From a virus (lineage: Duplodnaviria; Caudoviricetes), in IMG/VR virus record IMGVR_UViG_3300029288_000081, positions 96,001 through 160,000 of that record: 64,000 nucleotides of DNA; one strand, given 5' to 3'. Shown here one piece after another: positions 9,801 to 18,583 of the stretch (its first letter is position 1; each line of letters starts with the position of its first letter). Below the pieces are notes generated by a model. It did no database searches. It was not told the DNA's origin and saw only the letters and a program-made list of their open reading frames with translations. The position numbers and the translations under genes are program-made.

Positions 9801-10094
9801 CAGATCAGCGCCGTTCACAGCGAACGCGATGTGGTCGTGGATGTCGTCGCTGAAAGGATTCTCGTCGAACGGATTTTCGTACGCCTCACTCGATCGCGAC
9901 GTGGGCTCCATCGACGGAGCTGCGCCAGCGGCCTTCTCGTACGCCCTCTGCTCCGCTTCGTACTCGTCGTCGCGAACGAGTCGAACGAACTTCCCGTGCT
10001 TCCAGTAGCCGTCGGACCTCGGCCAGTAGCCAGGCGGCCAAGCGCTCAACCTCTCCGGCGGCGCCATCAGATCGGGCGAGATCGCGTGCCTCAT
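6858..10094 (-). CDS. Large SF2-like helicase / replication initiator-type protein with a Cys cluster
   Basis: Walker A PSPGVGKT, Walker B MLMVDED, GRGKDQY, motif VI-like ELAQALHRVRP; Cys cluster between the Walker motifs. Confidence 0.7.
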   Translation of the reverse strand: MRHAISPDLMAPPERLSAWPPGYWPRSDGYWKHGKFVRLVRDDEYEAEQRAYEKAAGAAPSMEPTSRSSEAYENPFDENPFSDDIHDHIAFAVNGADLLHERALTARQRFRNASKNVLSTALRTAINEPVAKLIEAVLHVRIDAGRLRASADPDLDFIVWAASYQVALGAFKEVERLGALALTPDSLSEGAQEPPLPQVQDWATVSSKVQADVAAWAANVRGKKGQMLIAKPSPGVGKTKTMVDTALHEQSQRQRVVMAVRTKEILVGELVSRIQNAGHGQVRLHVIQGRDESTCWCFDNVKVVQAHGYSPGSTVCSRCEYHPDIARKLRTFTVCPYYRSRQNAQNDTASARFGMNDYPIIATTTAGYLAAVASGGGRFGKFWPCDMLMVDEDPTDAFEPEVVVKAEHLVLPTPPKPEDRAAHAMATLLRGAFAQAELERKALEGRGWVVNGVQSPIHNRHGSAYAGNDLHKLFDRVASGPFGQQHGLQSATRVLRDVCDSHVHPAAGSLHGATTAAAVSLVVPPRGLSLLGEALFEEDAMRTQLRRLAYKKIHQKEMSSTMTSAQVDAALAESDEFDTVYRVRLEFAQGEWRFVFQDFVSMLDQNTNIIYGDAYANIEHTRQVFDKPASLPADPSYVDPVTIINHVARFPSGSVPARFRTKANITYLTTDGWGEHEAILITVLRKCAEKKVLIYAHGSLRERVEKTFADNNNFGVAAWAFENWGGGRGKDQYGDWDAVVTISDYVQNIGGMLHKVNARAARDTKKLLMLNKTDEAFVESTRIRLDMNKADIAHKMADPGTHWRIKQEHDRRNVSELAQALHRVRPLRSDKLMVVLGDAIPFTEDTIAAAVTVNLPGGPAGRSKIRTWYGDGCLTTSESYIALCALEEMFGFASPVFLHAFFGIEMDEFLNGMWHRATASAPSCQGQADLYRDSLLRDQPILCRPTPPTPTTEANMPGDPGASGPQTEGPMTGLPWRAVLSMAQQVWEPPAAWKNIYQLASQRLMRTKEASRRMSREFPFSGWYKPSWEDRAHPGYVWYSRHSVKTGARAAMDMLENQYGPNQNGVLYVPNKKPFIPY
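7275..7315. repeat. Perfect 13-bp inverted repeat in an AT-rich patch within the helicase gene (candidate origin)
   Basis: AGGCTGATCTCTA (7275-7287), 15-nt spacer, TAGAGATCAGCCT (7303-7315). Confidence 0.8.
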
Positions 10095-10321
10095 GCCGCA
10101 ACACCCTCGACACGACGAACCACGCTCAAGAACGCACGGACCGCGTCGCAGCTCTCCCAGTCCTCACGCGGGTGGGCAGCGAGGTCGGAGACGGCGAGGT
10201 CGCAGGCGTGGCCGATGTCGCTCGCGAGAGTTCGCCTGGAACGCTCCTCGATCGACAGGTGATGCGTGCGCTCGATGGCCTCGTTGGCCATGCGGCGAAG
10301 GAGCTGAGAAGCAAGCGTCAT
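10091..10321 (-). CDS. Hypothetical protein (76 aa)
   Basis: MTLASQLLRR...; stop overlaps the helicase ATG. Confidence 0.6.
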   Translation of the reverse strand: MTLASQLLRRMANEAIERTHHLSIEERSRRTLASDIGHACDLAVSDLAAHPREDWESCDAVRAFLSVVRRVEGVAA

Positions 10322-10784
10322 CGGCACACGCGCCCCCGCGCCACAACCGGCGCGAACCGCCCACGCCCGAGTCCATTCGACACAACGGCACGCCTTCTGC
10401 TCTCTCTTGCTGCGCAGGCCCCCGAGCACGATCAGGTGCTCCTATCTGCGGCTGGACAACGAGGGAAAGACGACCTAAAGTCGATGTCAGACATCTGGAG
10501 ACCCCACTTCTCACGGTGTCGAGGGCTCAAGCAGGTTCTCTCCTGCTCGGCTCTGTGCCCCGGTTGGTTCGCAGCCAGCCGGGGCACACGCTTTTTTGCG
10601 ATGGGAAGATCTTCTAGGAGATCATCGCGAAGCCAGGTGACCACGCATCCCGAGCGCGGTCAAGAACACGGAGACGACGCGAATGTCGTGCCATGACGTT
10701 CGCTTGTGCATATGGCAACGAGGGTGCCACCACGGGTAGCGCTGCTCGTTTCCGTCACCTTGGATTACGCGAGAAAACGGCGTG

Positions 10785-11075
10785 TCAGCGCTTGGCGGTG
10801 GAGCGCCAAGGGTGCCCTTTGCTCGGGCGTACGGGCCGGTTGTTGCGCCTGCCATCGATCTTGACATCGGGCTCGACCGTGTCTGCGGCGCGATGGCTCG
10901 CGTATCGACCCACGAGGAGGGTCCGCCAGCTGCGATAGGCGTCGGCCACCGCTGCACCGAGGACGTCCTCGTCGGAGAGGCGGCGTTCTGACGCGAGCAA
11001 CCGTTCTTCGATCTTGTCCATGACCTTCACGGCAGCGTCGTACAGGTCCTGGTCCATCGGCATCTTGAGCGTCAT
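10785..11075 (-). CDS. Hypothetical protein (96 aa)
   Basis: MTLKMPMDQDLY...; coupled to the primase stop. Confidence 0.65.
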   Translation of the reverse strand: MTLKMPMDQDLYDAAVKVMDKIEERLLASERRLSDEDVLGAAVADAYRSWRTLLVGRYASHRAADTVEPDVKIDGRRNNRPVRPSKGHPWRSTAKR

Positions 11076-12241
11076 CAGAGGATCTCCACGTCGATGTGGT
11101 CGGTGAAGTAGGCGGGAGCCTTCGCACCGTTGCAGCGCGGGCCGCGAAGGTACGGGCATCGGTAGCCCCAGCTCACGAGCGTGTCGCAGCGAACCGGGCT
11201 CAGGCCGAAGGTCTCCTTCCACTTCTGCTCGGTGTCGGAGGCGCTGTAGCGAGCATCCACACGGCTGAACTCGTGAAAGGCATCGCGGCCATCGTCGCCG
11301 AAGCGGTGGAGCTGGATCGCAAGCGCGAGCCACAGCTGGTAGCTCTGGTTCCGCGGGTCGCGCATGTGACGCATGAACTCGCAGAACTTCACGGTGTAGT
11401 CGAGCCGTCCGCTGCCGCCCTGGATGACCGGCAGCCTGACGCCAGGCGTGCCGAAGCCGCCGTAGCTCACCTCGGGTGCGCTGGTCAGCGGAGACCCGGG
11501 AGCCTCGGCGAGGCCCTGGACCAACTCGGCAAGGCCCCACGAGCGCCCTTCCAGCGCCGCGACGGCATGCTCCCAGTGCCGACCGTCCGGCTCGAACTTG
11601 CCCATGGCGACGTTCTTGGGGTCCAAGGGCAGCGTGCCGCCGCTCTTCCTGGCGAGCTTGCCGTTGAGCGGGCTGCCGACGAGGTTGCCGGGCTTGCGGG
11701 TGCCGTCGTCGTTCGGGATGGGGTTCAGGTAGTCCTGCGGAGGGATGAGCCTGTCGAAGCTCTGCGGCTCCCCGTCGCTGAGGTCGTCGTCGGGCATGGT
11801 CAGGACGCCCGCCTCTTCGAGCCACGTGTTGAACCAGCGGCGAGCCATCCATGCCGGGACCGGCTCGTTGAAGAGCACGCGGACGTGAGCGCCCTTCGCA
11901 GATCGCGACAGGTTCACGAAGAGCGGCGCGCCGGTGTCGATGAGGAACTCGACCGTGCGCTTGACGTCGCGCATCCAGTCGACGTGAGGCTTCTTGCCGT
12001 CGAAGTCGGCAGCGACCCAGCGCACGTTGGGCGCCTTGTGGTTGCCGAACGGGATGAGCGCGTAGCTGCCGATCTCGATGGTCCCTGCGAGGTGCATCGC
12101 GGCATGACCATCAGTGAGCGGCGCGTAGACGGGCCGCCACGACCAGCCGGTGGCCTTGTCGGTCTGCATCGCGAAGACGTCTTCGGCGCCTCGGGTGAGA
12201 TCGCGGAAGATGCGGATCTTGTCTTCGGGCGACAGGTTCAT
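11075..12241 (-). CDS. Archaeo-eukaryotic primase (AEP) with PriCT-2-like and Cys-rich C-terminal domains
   Basis: hhhDxD (VAADFD), SRSAKGAHV, PGNLVGSPL; YQLWLALA...FHEFSR...KW PriCT-2 pattern; PVRC...CPY...C. Confidence 0.85.
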   Translation of the reverse strand: MNLSPEDKIRIFRDLTRGAEDVFAMQTDKATGWSWRPVYAPLTDGHAAMHLAGTIEIGSYALIPFGNHKAPNVRWVAADFDGKKPHVDWMRDVKRTVEFLIDTGAPLFVNLSRSAKGAHVRVLFNEPVPAWMARRWFNTWLEEAGVLTMPDDDLSDGEPQSFDRLIPPQDYLNPIPNDDGTRKPGNLVGSPLNGKLARKSGGTLPLDPKNVAMGKFEPDGRHWEHAVAALEGRSWGLAELVQGLAEAPGSPLTSAPEVSYGGFGTPGVRLPVIQGGSGRLDYTVKFCEFMRHMRDPRNQSYQLWLALAIQLHRFGDDGRDAFHEFSRVDARYSASDTEQKWKETFGLSPVRCDTLVSWGYRCPYLRGPRCNGAKAPAYFTDHIDVEIL

Positions 12242-12588
12242 GAGATCTCTCCCGCAGCACGGAGGCGTGCCACGTTCCATTCGATCCAGAGCGCGTCGCC
12301 CGTGTCGGTCCACTGCCACAGCCACGCGCTTGCGCCGGGGAGCTGCCAGTAGATGCCGATGAAGGTCCAGCCGTCGCGTTCGCGGTTCCATCGCCACGCG
12401 CGGCATGTTTCCGTCTGGCCTTCAGAGCGGAGCAGAAGACAGCGCATCGAGCAGAGGCGCCGCAGGCGAGTAGGATTGATCTGTTCGACCCTCAACGCGT
12501 CTTCGGTGCGGACGTAGTCGTCGCATTCGACACACTGAACGAACACACCGAGCCGCCTCATGGCTTCATCGCGAATGGCCTGGCTCAC
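12238..12588 (-). CDS. Hypothetical protein with a CxxC/CSxxC zinc-finger motif
   Basis: GTG start overlaps the upstream stop; CVEC...CSMRC. Confidence 0.6.
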   Translation of the reverse strand: MSQAIRDEAMRRLGVFVQCVECDDYVRTEDALRVEQINPTRLRRLCSMRCLLLRSEGQTETCRAWRWNRERDGWTFIGIYWQLPGASAWLWQWTDTGDALWIEWNVARLRAAGEIS

Positions 12589-13199
12589 GGCTCCTCCAAC
12601 GAGGGCATCGACGTTCCGCCGCACTTGCCGCCACGCCAGATGATGCCGGTGTCGCTGGGGAGCGTCGCGAGCTTGTGCGACGCGCACAGGTGCGAGCAGC
12701 AGAAGACGATGTCGCTGTTGCCGTCGTCGTAGTCGCTCACACCGTCTGGCGGGTTCGTCATCACGGAGAACGTCTCGTTCGCATCCCAGACGTAGTCGCG
12801 CGAGCACACCGGGCACCGGGCGAACCTCACGCCCAGGCGCTCGGCGGCATGTCGAAGACGATCGGACTCCATGGCCGTCTTGCGCACAGCGTCTCCTCGC
12901 AGCCGCCCTGGGCTCTTCTTTTCGTACAACGGCTCGCCGCCCCGCTTGCCATCGACCCACACGTATCCGTGCGGCAAGGAGTCGACCTTCTCCTTCGCGC
13001 ACGCGAACGAGCACGCGTACCCCAGCGACGAGAAAGGACCATGACGCAGCTCGCAGCCGTCTTCCTCGACAGGGCTGTCGACGTCACCGTCCTGTTCGAC
13101 GGTGAACGCGTGCTGGCCCAGCGCGAACGTCACACCGCACTGGACGCAGTCTCCTGTCGGCACTCCCAGACGCCGCGCAGCCTCGATCCCCCTGCTCAT
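12585..13199 (-). CDS. Double zinc-finger (TRASH/MYM-like) protein
   Basis: Two CxxC...CSxxC units (CVQC..CSFAC; CPVC..CSHLC). Confidence 0.7.
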   Translation of the reverse strand: MSRGIEAARRLGVPTGDCVQCGVTFALGQHAFTVEQDGDVDSPVEEDGCELRHGPFSSLGYACSFACAKEKVDSLPHGYVWVDGKRGGEPLYEKKSPGRLRGDAVRKTAMESDRLRHAAERLGVRFARCPVCSRDYVWDANETFSVMTNPPDGVSDYDDGNSDIVFCCSHLCASHKLATLPSDTGIIWRGGKCGGTSMPSLEEP

Positions 13200-13202
13200 G
13201 GC

Positions 13203-13313
13203 TCAGCAGGACAGGAAGATGGCGCCAGCGACGAACGCCGCGACGAAGACCGCCATCACCACAGTGAACACGCCGTACTTCTCGATCCACGGCCGCTTGT
13301 CGTAGTTGTCCAT
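13203..13313 (-). CDS. Small membrane protein (36 aa)
   Basis: MDNYDKRPWIEKYGVFTVVMAVFVAAFVAGAIFLSC; GGAGG RBS. Confidence 0.6.
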   Translation of the reverse strand: MDNYDKRPWIEKYGVFTVVMAVFVAAFVAGAIFLSC

Positions 13314-13338
13314 GTGTGCCTCCGCTCGTGATGGTAGC

Positions 13339-13998
13339 TCAGCGACCGACGCCCCTCTGGGACCTCGCTCGCCATGCTGCGAACTGACGCTCCTGCGCCT
13401 CGGCAAGGAGCTGCTGCTGCCGAAGCAGCTCGGTGACGGTCATGTCGCCAATCTCGTGACGCATGTCCCAGAGGATCTGCCCAGCGGCGATGGCGTCGGC
13501 GATGGCGTCGTGAGCGTTCGGCAGCGCGATGCCGCGGCGCTCGCAGACCTTGAAGAGCTTGTGTCGTCCCTCGCCCTTCACGAAGCGATCGACGCTTCGG
13601 ATCCAGACGAGAGGATCGATCCACCGATGGTACGGATCGAAGATGGGCAACGGGATGTCTCGCACCTGGGTCTGCATCATCTCGGACCAGAACATCCGCT
13701 TGTCGAAGGACTCGTTGTAGGCGGCCGGGTGTGCGCCGCGCGACATGGACACGATCTTCGGCAAGACCGCGTTCCACGGAGGAGCGTCTGCGATGTCGAC
13801 CGTGCGGATGCCGTGGATCTCGGTTGCCTGCTGTGGGATCTCGATGCCGGCCCACACGAGGGTCCCCCACGCATCGACGAGCTTGCCCTGGTCGAAGCGA
13901 GCGAGGCCGAGCTGCACGACGCGATCGTGCGCTTCGAGCCCCGTCGTCTCCACGTCGAGGATCAGAACGGGACTCTCGTACCAGATGTCGTAGCTCAT
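13339..13998 (-). CDS. DEDDh 3'-5' exonuclease (DnaQ-like)
   Basis: LDVETTG, AYNESFD, AHDAIADA motifs. Confidence 0.92.
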   Translation of the reverse strand: MSYDIWYESPVLILDVETTGLEAHDRVVQLGLARFDQGKLVDAWGTLVWAGIEIPQQATEIHGIRTVDIADAPPWNAVLPKIVSMSRGAHPAAYNESFDKRMFWSEMMQTQVRDIPLPIFDPYHRWIDPLVWIRSVDRFVKGEGRHKLFKVCERRGIALPNAHDAIADAIAAGQILWDMRHEIGDMTVTELLRQQQLLAEAQERQFAAWRARSQRGVGR

Positions 13999-14354
13999 CG
14001 AGACGCTCGCTTGATGCCAAGCGACCTTTTGGGGCGCATGGGCACCATGTATGTCTTGCTGATCTGTTCCGCCAGAACACGCACATCGTGCGCAACGAGA
14101 TGCGCGCTAGCGGCGCCCATCAACTCGTCACGCGACCTTGCGACAACCTCGTAAGTCCGCGAGACGGACACTCCATGGACACGAGCTACCGACGAAATCG
14201 ACATGCGGTGCACGTATCGCTGCTCGAACATCTCGCGCGCCTGGTCTCCTCCGCGTGTGCGGTAGGGAGACGAGAGCCAGTCGCCGAAGCTGTCCAGCAG
14301 CCATCGCGCGTGCTGTGGCGCCAGATCCAACGTCTCGAATGACGGAATCTTCAT
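13995..14354 (-). CDS. Sigma-70 region-4-like HTH protein
   Basis: REMFEQRYVHRMSISSVARVHGVSVSRTYEVVARSR; start overlaps the helicase stop. Confidence 0.6.
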   Translation of the reverse strand: MKIPSFETLDLAPQHARWLLDSFGDWLSSPYRTRGGDQAREMFEQRYVHRMSISSVARVHGVSVSRTYEVVARSRDELMGAASAHLVAHDVRVLAEQISKTYMVPMRPKRSLGIKRASR

Positions 14355-17300
14355 GCCCCAGTCGCCTTCCTGTGCGTCCAGATGGCTCGCGCTGCCATGC
14401 CCTTCGTGAGGTTCTCCCCGACGGGCAGCTTGTGGAACCGGAGGTAGTTGATCTGCTTGACCGTCGCCGGGACGCGCATCTTCATGTCGCGCTCGACGCG
14501 CATGATCGTGATGAGGTCGCTCGCCTCGCCGGCTGTCTCCGGCATCGTGCGTTCCTTCACCCCAGTCGAGAGCAAGAGGCTGCGCTGCTTCGCGGACACC
14601 GGGCGATCTCTCCACCCGGCATCCTTGAGCATCAGCTCCTCCTCGGGGAGGAAGGTGGCCTCGTCGGTGCCCTCGTCGAGGTCCACGAACGAGGCGACTG
14701 GCTGGTCGGTGTCGGCAGGCGCACCGTCGTCGCGCCGAGCGCTGCGCGCCCGGAAGATGCGGTCCATCTCCCCCTCGACGAGACCGTAGGCCAGGTCGAA
14801 CTCGACGGGCTGGCGAACGACCTCGCGCGGGGGCTCGTGCTTGCGGCCGTCCCGCTGGTCGAAGAAGCGGATGACGGCCATGTGGTGCGCCTTGTCGCTC
14901 CACGCGACGAGGTAGTAGCCGATGCGCGGGATCTGCAAGATCCACCCGAGCGTCGTCTCGCGCCACTGGTACTGGCTCTTGGGCTTACGCGACCCGAACG
15001 TGACTTCGACCGCCTCGCCCACCTTCGCTCCGGTGACCTCGTCATGCTCCACAGGCTCGTCGATGTCCTCCTGCCCATCGCCGAACCCCTTACCCTCGCC
15101 CTTGTACTTGCGCTCGGGGTCGAAGCCGGCCAGCGAGGCGAGCTGCACCGGCCGGTGCTTGGCGCTGTTGCCGACGCAGTCGATGACCAGGCACTCGGTC
15201 TTGCCCGGGTAGAGCCGGAGCCCGCGCCCGAGGCAGTTGCCGACGACGGCCGCCTTGCCGTGGCGGCGCGTGATGACGGTCCCGGTCGAGGTTTCGACGC
15301 ACCAGACGCGTTCGTCCGGCGCGCGATCGACCTCGCGCATCGTCAGCTCGGGGCGGCTGCCGTTGATGGTGTGGTAGCGCTTGTCCGGTGCGATGTTCAG
15401 CTTGGGAAAGCCCTTGCCCCGGCCGCGGTCGTTCACGTGCTCCGACAGATTGCACCGCATACCACGCGTCAAGCAGAGCGCCTGGAACATATCGTGAAGC
15501 CCGGTGCCCGGCTTCTGGTAGATGCTCCAGGTCTGCGGTTCCCAGTCGATCGACGCGCTTTCCTGCCGTGCCCCATCGCCCTTGTTGAACGCTTCGAGGA
15601 AGATCCGCCACTGGCGCGCCGACAGCTCGTGAAACGCCGCCGTCGGCTTCTTGGTGCCGTCGCGGCTGATCCAGCGGTCGAGATACTTCCAACCACGCTT
15701 GTCTTTGTGCGTTCCGCGAGGCGTGCCGTACGACACGTACCACGTGAACATCTCGTGGTTCTTCTTGAACTCGGTATCGCACTTCTTGTGCTGACGGCCG
15801 AACTTGAGGCCACACTCGCGAAGAGAGCGTTCGATCGCCTTCACAAAGCGAGAACGGACGCCTTGGTAGAGCACGAGCGCGTTGTTTGCGCGGTTCCATG
15901 ACCCTTCGGCGTACCACCAGCCGAGCAAGGTCAAGTCGGCATCGCTGATGCCAGGACAGTCCTGCGCGTCCTCGGGCTCAGCCACGGAAACGATGGCCGT
16001 GAAACACTTCGGCATCTGCGATGCCACGGTCCACATCGGCTTCTTGTTGCGCCGCTGCTTGTAGATCATCCGATGGTTGCCGGTGACGCGGATGTCGATA
16101 CCCGGCAGCTTGAGCGCGTACATCTTCTCGCGCTCGTGCATAGGGCGATCGACGCGTGACAGGATCGGCGACCAGACGCAGCGCTCGGTGTCCGGATCCA
16201 TCGTCGCGACGATGTCATCGTCGTGGACGGTCTGCGGGCCCACCCATCCTCGCTTCGTCAGGATCTCGGTCTGGTAGTCGAGGCACTGGATGTAGAGCCC
16301 CTGCGACTGCGTGGGCCGAGCGAAGACGATGCCCTCTGCGCTCGGGTCGTCGTAGCCTTCACTCAAGACGTTGCAGTTCACGAGCAGCTTGACCTCGCCC
16401 TCGCGGAAGCGACGCAGCGCCTCGTGCCGGTCCTTCTTCTTCATGCTGCCGTCGAGGGCGACCGCATGGTGCCCGGCGTCGTTGAATTCCTGCGCGAGCG
16501 CGTGTGAATGGGCCACGTCGCAGGCGAACACGATGCACTTGCGGTCGTGACCGTAGGCGCGCCACGCCTCGACGACCGCACGGTTCACGTGCGGCGTGTT
16601 CATCAGCTTGGACAGCTGGGTGACGACGTAGTCCCCGTCGCCGGTGTCCACCTTGTCGAGGTCGATGTCGATGTCGACCCGGAACCCGTGAGGCGGCACG
16701 AGCCAGCCGTCGCGGATCATCTCGAAGGCGTTCTTCTCGTACGCGACGACGTCGAAGACTCGGTCGAGCGCGATACCGTCTGCGCGCCCCGGGGTTGCGG
16801 TCATGCCCATGAGCAGCATGTCCGGGTTCGCCTCGCGCAACGCCTGGATCACGCTCATGTACTGCGCACCGACGGCGTGGTGAGCCTCGTCGATGATGAC
16901 CAGCCGGAAGGAGCCGCTCGCGATGAGCGCCTTGAGCTTGTTCTTGCTGCGGTGCCCGATCGTCTGGATGGATGCGACTGTGATCTCGCGCCCCAGCTCG
17001 TTGTGCTTCTGCTGTACGAGGCCCACCCGTGTCATCGGGCTGACGAGCCTGACCTTGTCCATCGTCTGCGTGAGCAGCTCCTCACGGTGCGCGATGAAGA
17101 GGCACCTGCCGCCCGAGCCCTTGAACACGCGCGCCATGATCTCGGACGAGATGATGGTCTTGCCCGCCGCCGTGGGGAGAACAAGCAACGGAGCCTTCGC
17201 GCCGCGTGCCCACGCGTCGTGAACGGCGTCGATCGCTTCGAGCTGGTAGTCGCGGAGCTTGACGGTCGTGCCGCCTCCGCTGCTGGCCATCGGCACTTCG

Positions 17301-17488
17301 ACGACGTGAGCCTCGGCGGTCTGCTCGGCGAGCGGCAGGACGGCGCCGGGCGCCGCGCCGACGACGAGAGAGTGGAGCCGCAGGTTCGTGCCGGGCTGCA
17401 ACGTCCACGTGCTTGGGTCACGATCGCGGGCGATCATGTCGGGCACGACGATGCTGTCGGGCATGGGAACGAACGGCATCGAGATCAC
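14351..17488 (-). CDS. SF2 DEAD/DEAH-box helicase (Irc3/UvsW-like), intein-containing
   Basis: LRDYQ, LPTAAGKT, IIDEAHH, TATP, LSEGYD; motif VI YIQ|CLGRGLR is split by the intein. Confidence 0.93.
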   Translation of the reverse strand: MISMPFVPMPDSIVVPDMIARDRDPSTWTLQPGTNLRLHSLVVGAAPGAVLPLAEQTAEAHVVEVPMASSGGGTTVKLRDYQLEAIDAVHDAWARGAKAPLLVLPTAAGKTIISSEIMARVFKGSGGRCLFIAHREELLTQTMDKVRLVSPMTRVGLVQQKHNELGREITVASIQTIGHRSKNKLKALIASGSFRLVIIDEAHHAVGAQYMSVIQALREANPDMLLMGMTATPGRADGIALDRVFDVVAYEKNAFEMIRDGWLVPPHGFRVDIDIDLDKVDTGDGDYVVTQLSKLMNTPHVNRAVVEAWRAYGHDRKCIVFACDVAHSHALAQEFNDAGHHAVALDGSMKKKDRHEALRRFREGEVKLLVNCNVLSEGYDDPSAEGIVFARPTQSQGLYIQCLDYQTEILTKRGWVGPQTVHDDDIVATMDPDTERCVWSPILSRVDRPMHEREKMYALKLPGIDIRVTGNHRMIYKQRRNKKPMWTVASQMPKCFTAIVSVAEPEDAQDCPGISDADLTLLGWWYAEGSWNRANNALVLYQGVRSRFVKAIERSLRECGLKFGRQHKKCDTEFKKNHEMFTWYVSYGTPRGTHKDKRGWKYLDRWISRDGTKKPTAAFHELSARQWRIFLEAFNKGDGARQESASIDWEPQTWSIYQKPGTGLHDMFQALCLTRGMRCNLSEHVNDRGRGKGFPKLNIAPDKRYHTINGSRPELTMREVDRAPDERVWCVETSTGTVITRRHGKAAVVGNCLGRGLRLYPGKTECLVIDCVGNSAKHRPVQLASLAGFDPERKYKGEGKGFGDGQEDIDEPVEHDEVTGAKVGEAVEVTFGSRKPKSQYQWRETTLGWILQIPRIGYYLVAWSDKAHHMAVIRFFDQRDGRKHEPPREVVRQPVEFDLAYGLVEGEMDRIFRARSARRDDGAPADTDQPVASFVDLDEGTDEATFLPEEELMLKDAGWRDRPVSAKQRSLLLSTGVKERTMPETAGEASDLITIMRVERDMKMRVPATVKQINYLRFHKLPVGENLTKGMAARAIWTHRKATGA
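15236..16285 (-). mobile_element. Intein (350 aa) with LAGLIDADG endonuclease, inserted in helicase motif VI
   Basis: Starts CLDYQTEILTKRGW, block B VTGNHRM, LLGWWYAEGS and FLEAFNKGDG, ends VWCVET...VVGN followed by Cys+1. Confidence 0.93.
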
Positions 17489-17748
17489 TCCGGTTCAGCA
17501 GCGGGCTGTGGCTTGCCCCCATAGAACGAGACGTCGTACTGCGGCTCGACGCCGACCAGGAACAGCTCGCGGCTCTCCGCGTTCCGGACGTACACCTCGA
17601 TCTCGTTGGGGATGGGATCTCCGGCGAAGGTGCCGCCGTCGTTCCACTCCTGACAAGCATCAGCCGCCGCGTCTTGGGCATCGAAGGCGTCGATGTCTCG
17701 ACCGTCGTCTTCGCTGTGATGATCCTTGAGCCAGCACCGGAACATCAT
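17485..17748 (-). CDS. Hypothetical acidic protein (87 aa)
   Basis: Coupled overlaps on both sides. Confidence 0.75.
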   Translation of the reverse strand: MMFRCWLKDHHSEDDGRDIDAFDAQDAAADACQEWNDGGTFAGDPIPNEIEVYVRNAESRELFLVGVEPQYDVSFYGGKPQPAAEPE

Positions 17749-18581
17749 CGTCGCACCGTGAGGGTGGCACCGCGCACGAAGTCGGGTTCAGGCGCCCAGA
17801 GGTCCCCGTGCCCCGTGAGAGCGATCTCGTCGCAGATGATCGGCTGCGCGAGCATCCGAGACAGGAAGGCGTTGTCCTTGTTCGCGATGATCAGCTCGAA
17901 CTGCTTCTTGGTCACCTCGGACCTGAGAGCCTCCTCGTCTGCGTAGATGCCGTCGATGGTTCCGAACCGCGTCAGCAGCTTGGCCGCCGTCTTCGCGCCT
18001 ACGCCAGCGACGCCGGGGATGCCGTCGGAGGTGTCCCCGAGCAGGCCCAGGTAGTCGTAGAGCTGCGATGGAGCGACGCCGAACTTCTCGACGACGTCGG
18101 CCGCGCGGGTCCACTTGTCGCTCATCGGGTTGTAGGCGGAGATGCACTTCTCGTCGTTCACGAGCGCGAGCAGGTCCTTGTCGTGCGAGACGATGACGTA
18201 GCCGACGTCGGGCTCCTGACCAGCCAGCGTGGCGATCAGATCGTCGGCCTCGTACTGCGGCTCGTCGAACACGTTGACGCTCAGATCCTTGAGCGCGTCG
18301 AAGAACCGCGGCATCTGCGCGGTGAAGACGGGCGTGTGCGGCTTCCGCTCGGCCTTGTACTCCGGGTACATGTCGCAACGCAGAGACGGCTCGGTCGAAT
18401 CGCACACGACGGCCATGCGGCGGATGCCGCACTTCTCCATCGTGTTGGCCAGCATCACGCAGGCGTGGTCGATGAACGCGGTGTCCGTTGCGGCGACGGT
18501 CGCTGCGCGATCGCCGTAGACGACGTGCATCGCGCGGTGCAGGTACGCGGAGATGTCGATGAGGTAGATCGGCGAGGTCAC
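17745..18581 (-). CDS. 5'-3' exonuclease / flap endonuclease (Pol I N-terminal-like)
   Basis: YLIDIS, YPEYKAER, EADDLIATLA, SHDKDL, GDTSDGIPGVAGVGAKTA; GTG start re-called. Confidence 0.93.
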   Translation of the reverse strand: MTSPIYLIDISAYLHRAMHVVYGDRAATVAATDTAFIDHACVMLANTMEKCGIRRMAVVCDSTEPSLRCDMYPEYKAERKPHTPVFTAQMPRFFDALKDLSVNVFDEPQYEADDLIATLAGQEPDVGYVIVSHDKDLLALVNDEKCISAYNPMSDKWTRAADVVEKFGVAPSQLYDYLGLLGDTSDGIPGVAGVGAKTAAKLLTRFGTIDGIYADEEALRSEVTKKQFELIIANKDNAFLSRMLAQPIICDEIALTGHGDLWAPEPDFVRGATLTVRR

Positions 18582-18583
18582 GA

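Noticed and set aside
10330-10780. Gap between the primase operon and the helicase as an origin or ncRNA
   Set aside because: No clear iterons or structure seen; the short ORFs present are unconvincing
13339-13998. Exonuclease begins MSY like the late family
   Set aside because: No GLG motif, TM or Arg tail; probably coincidence
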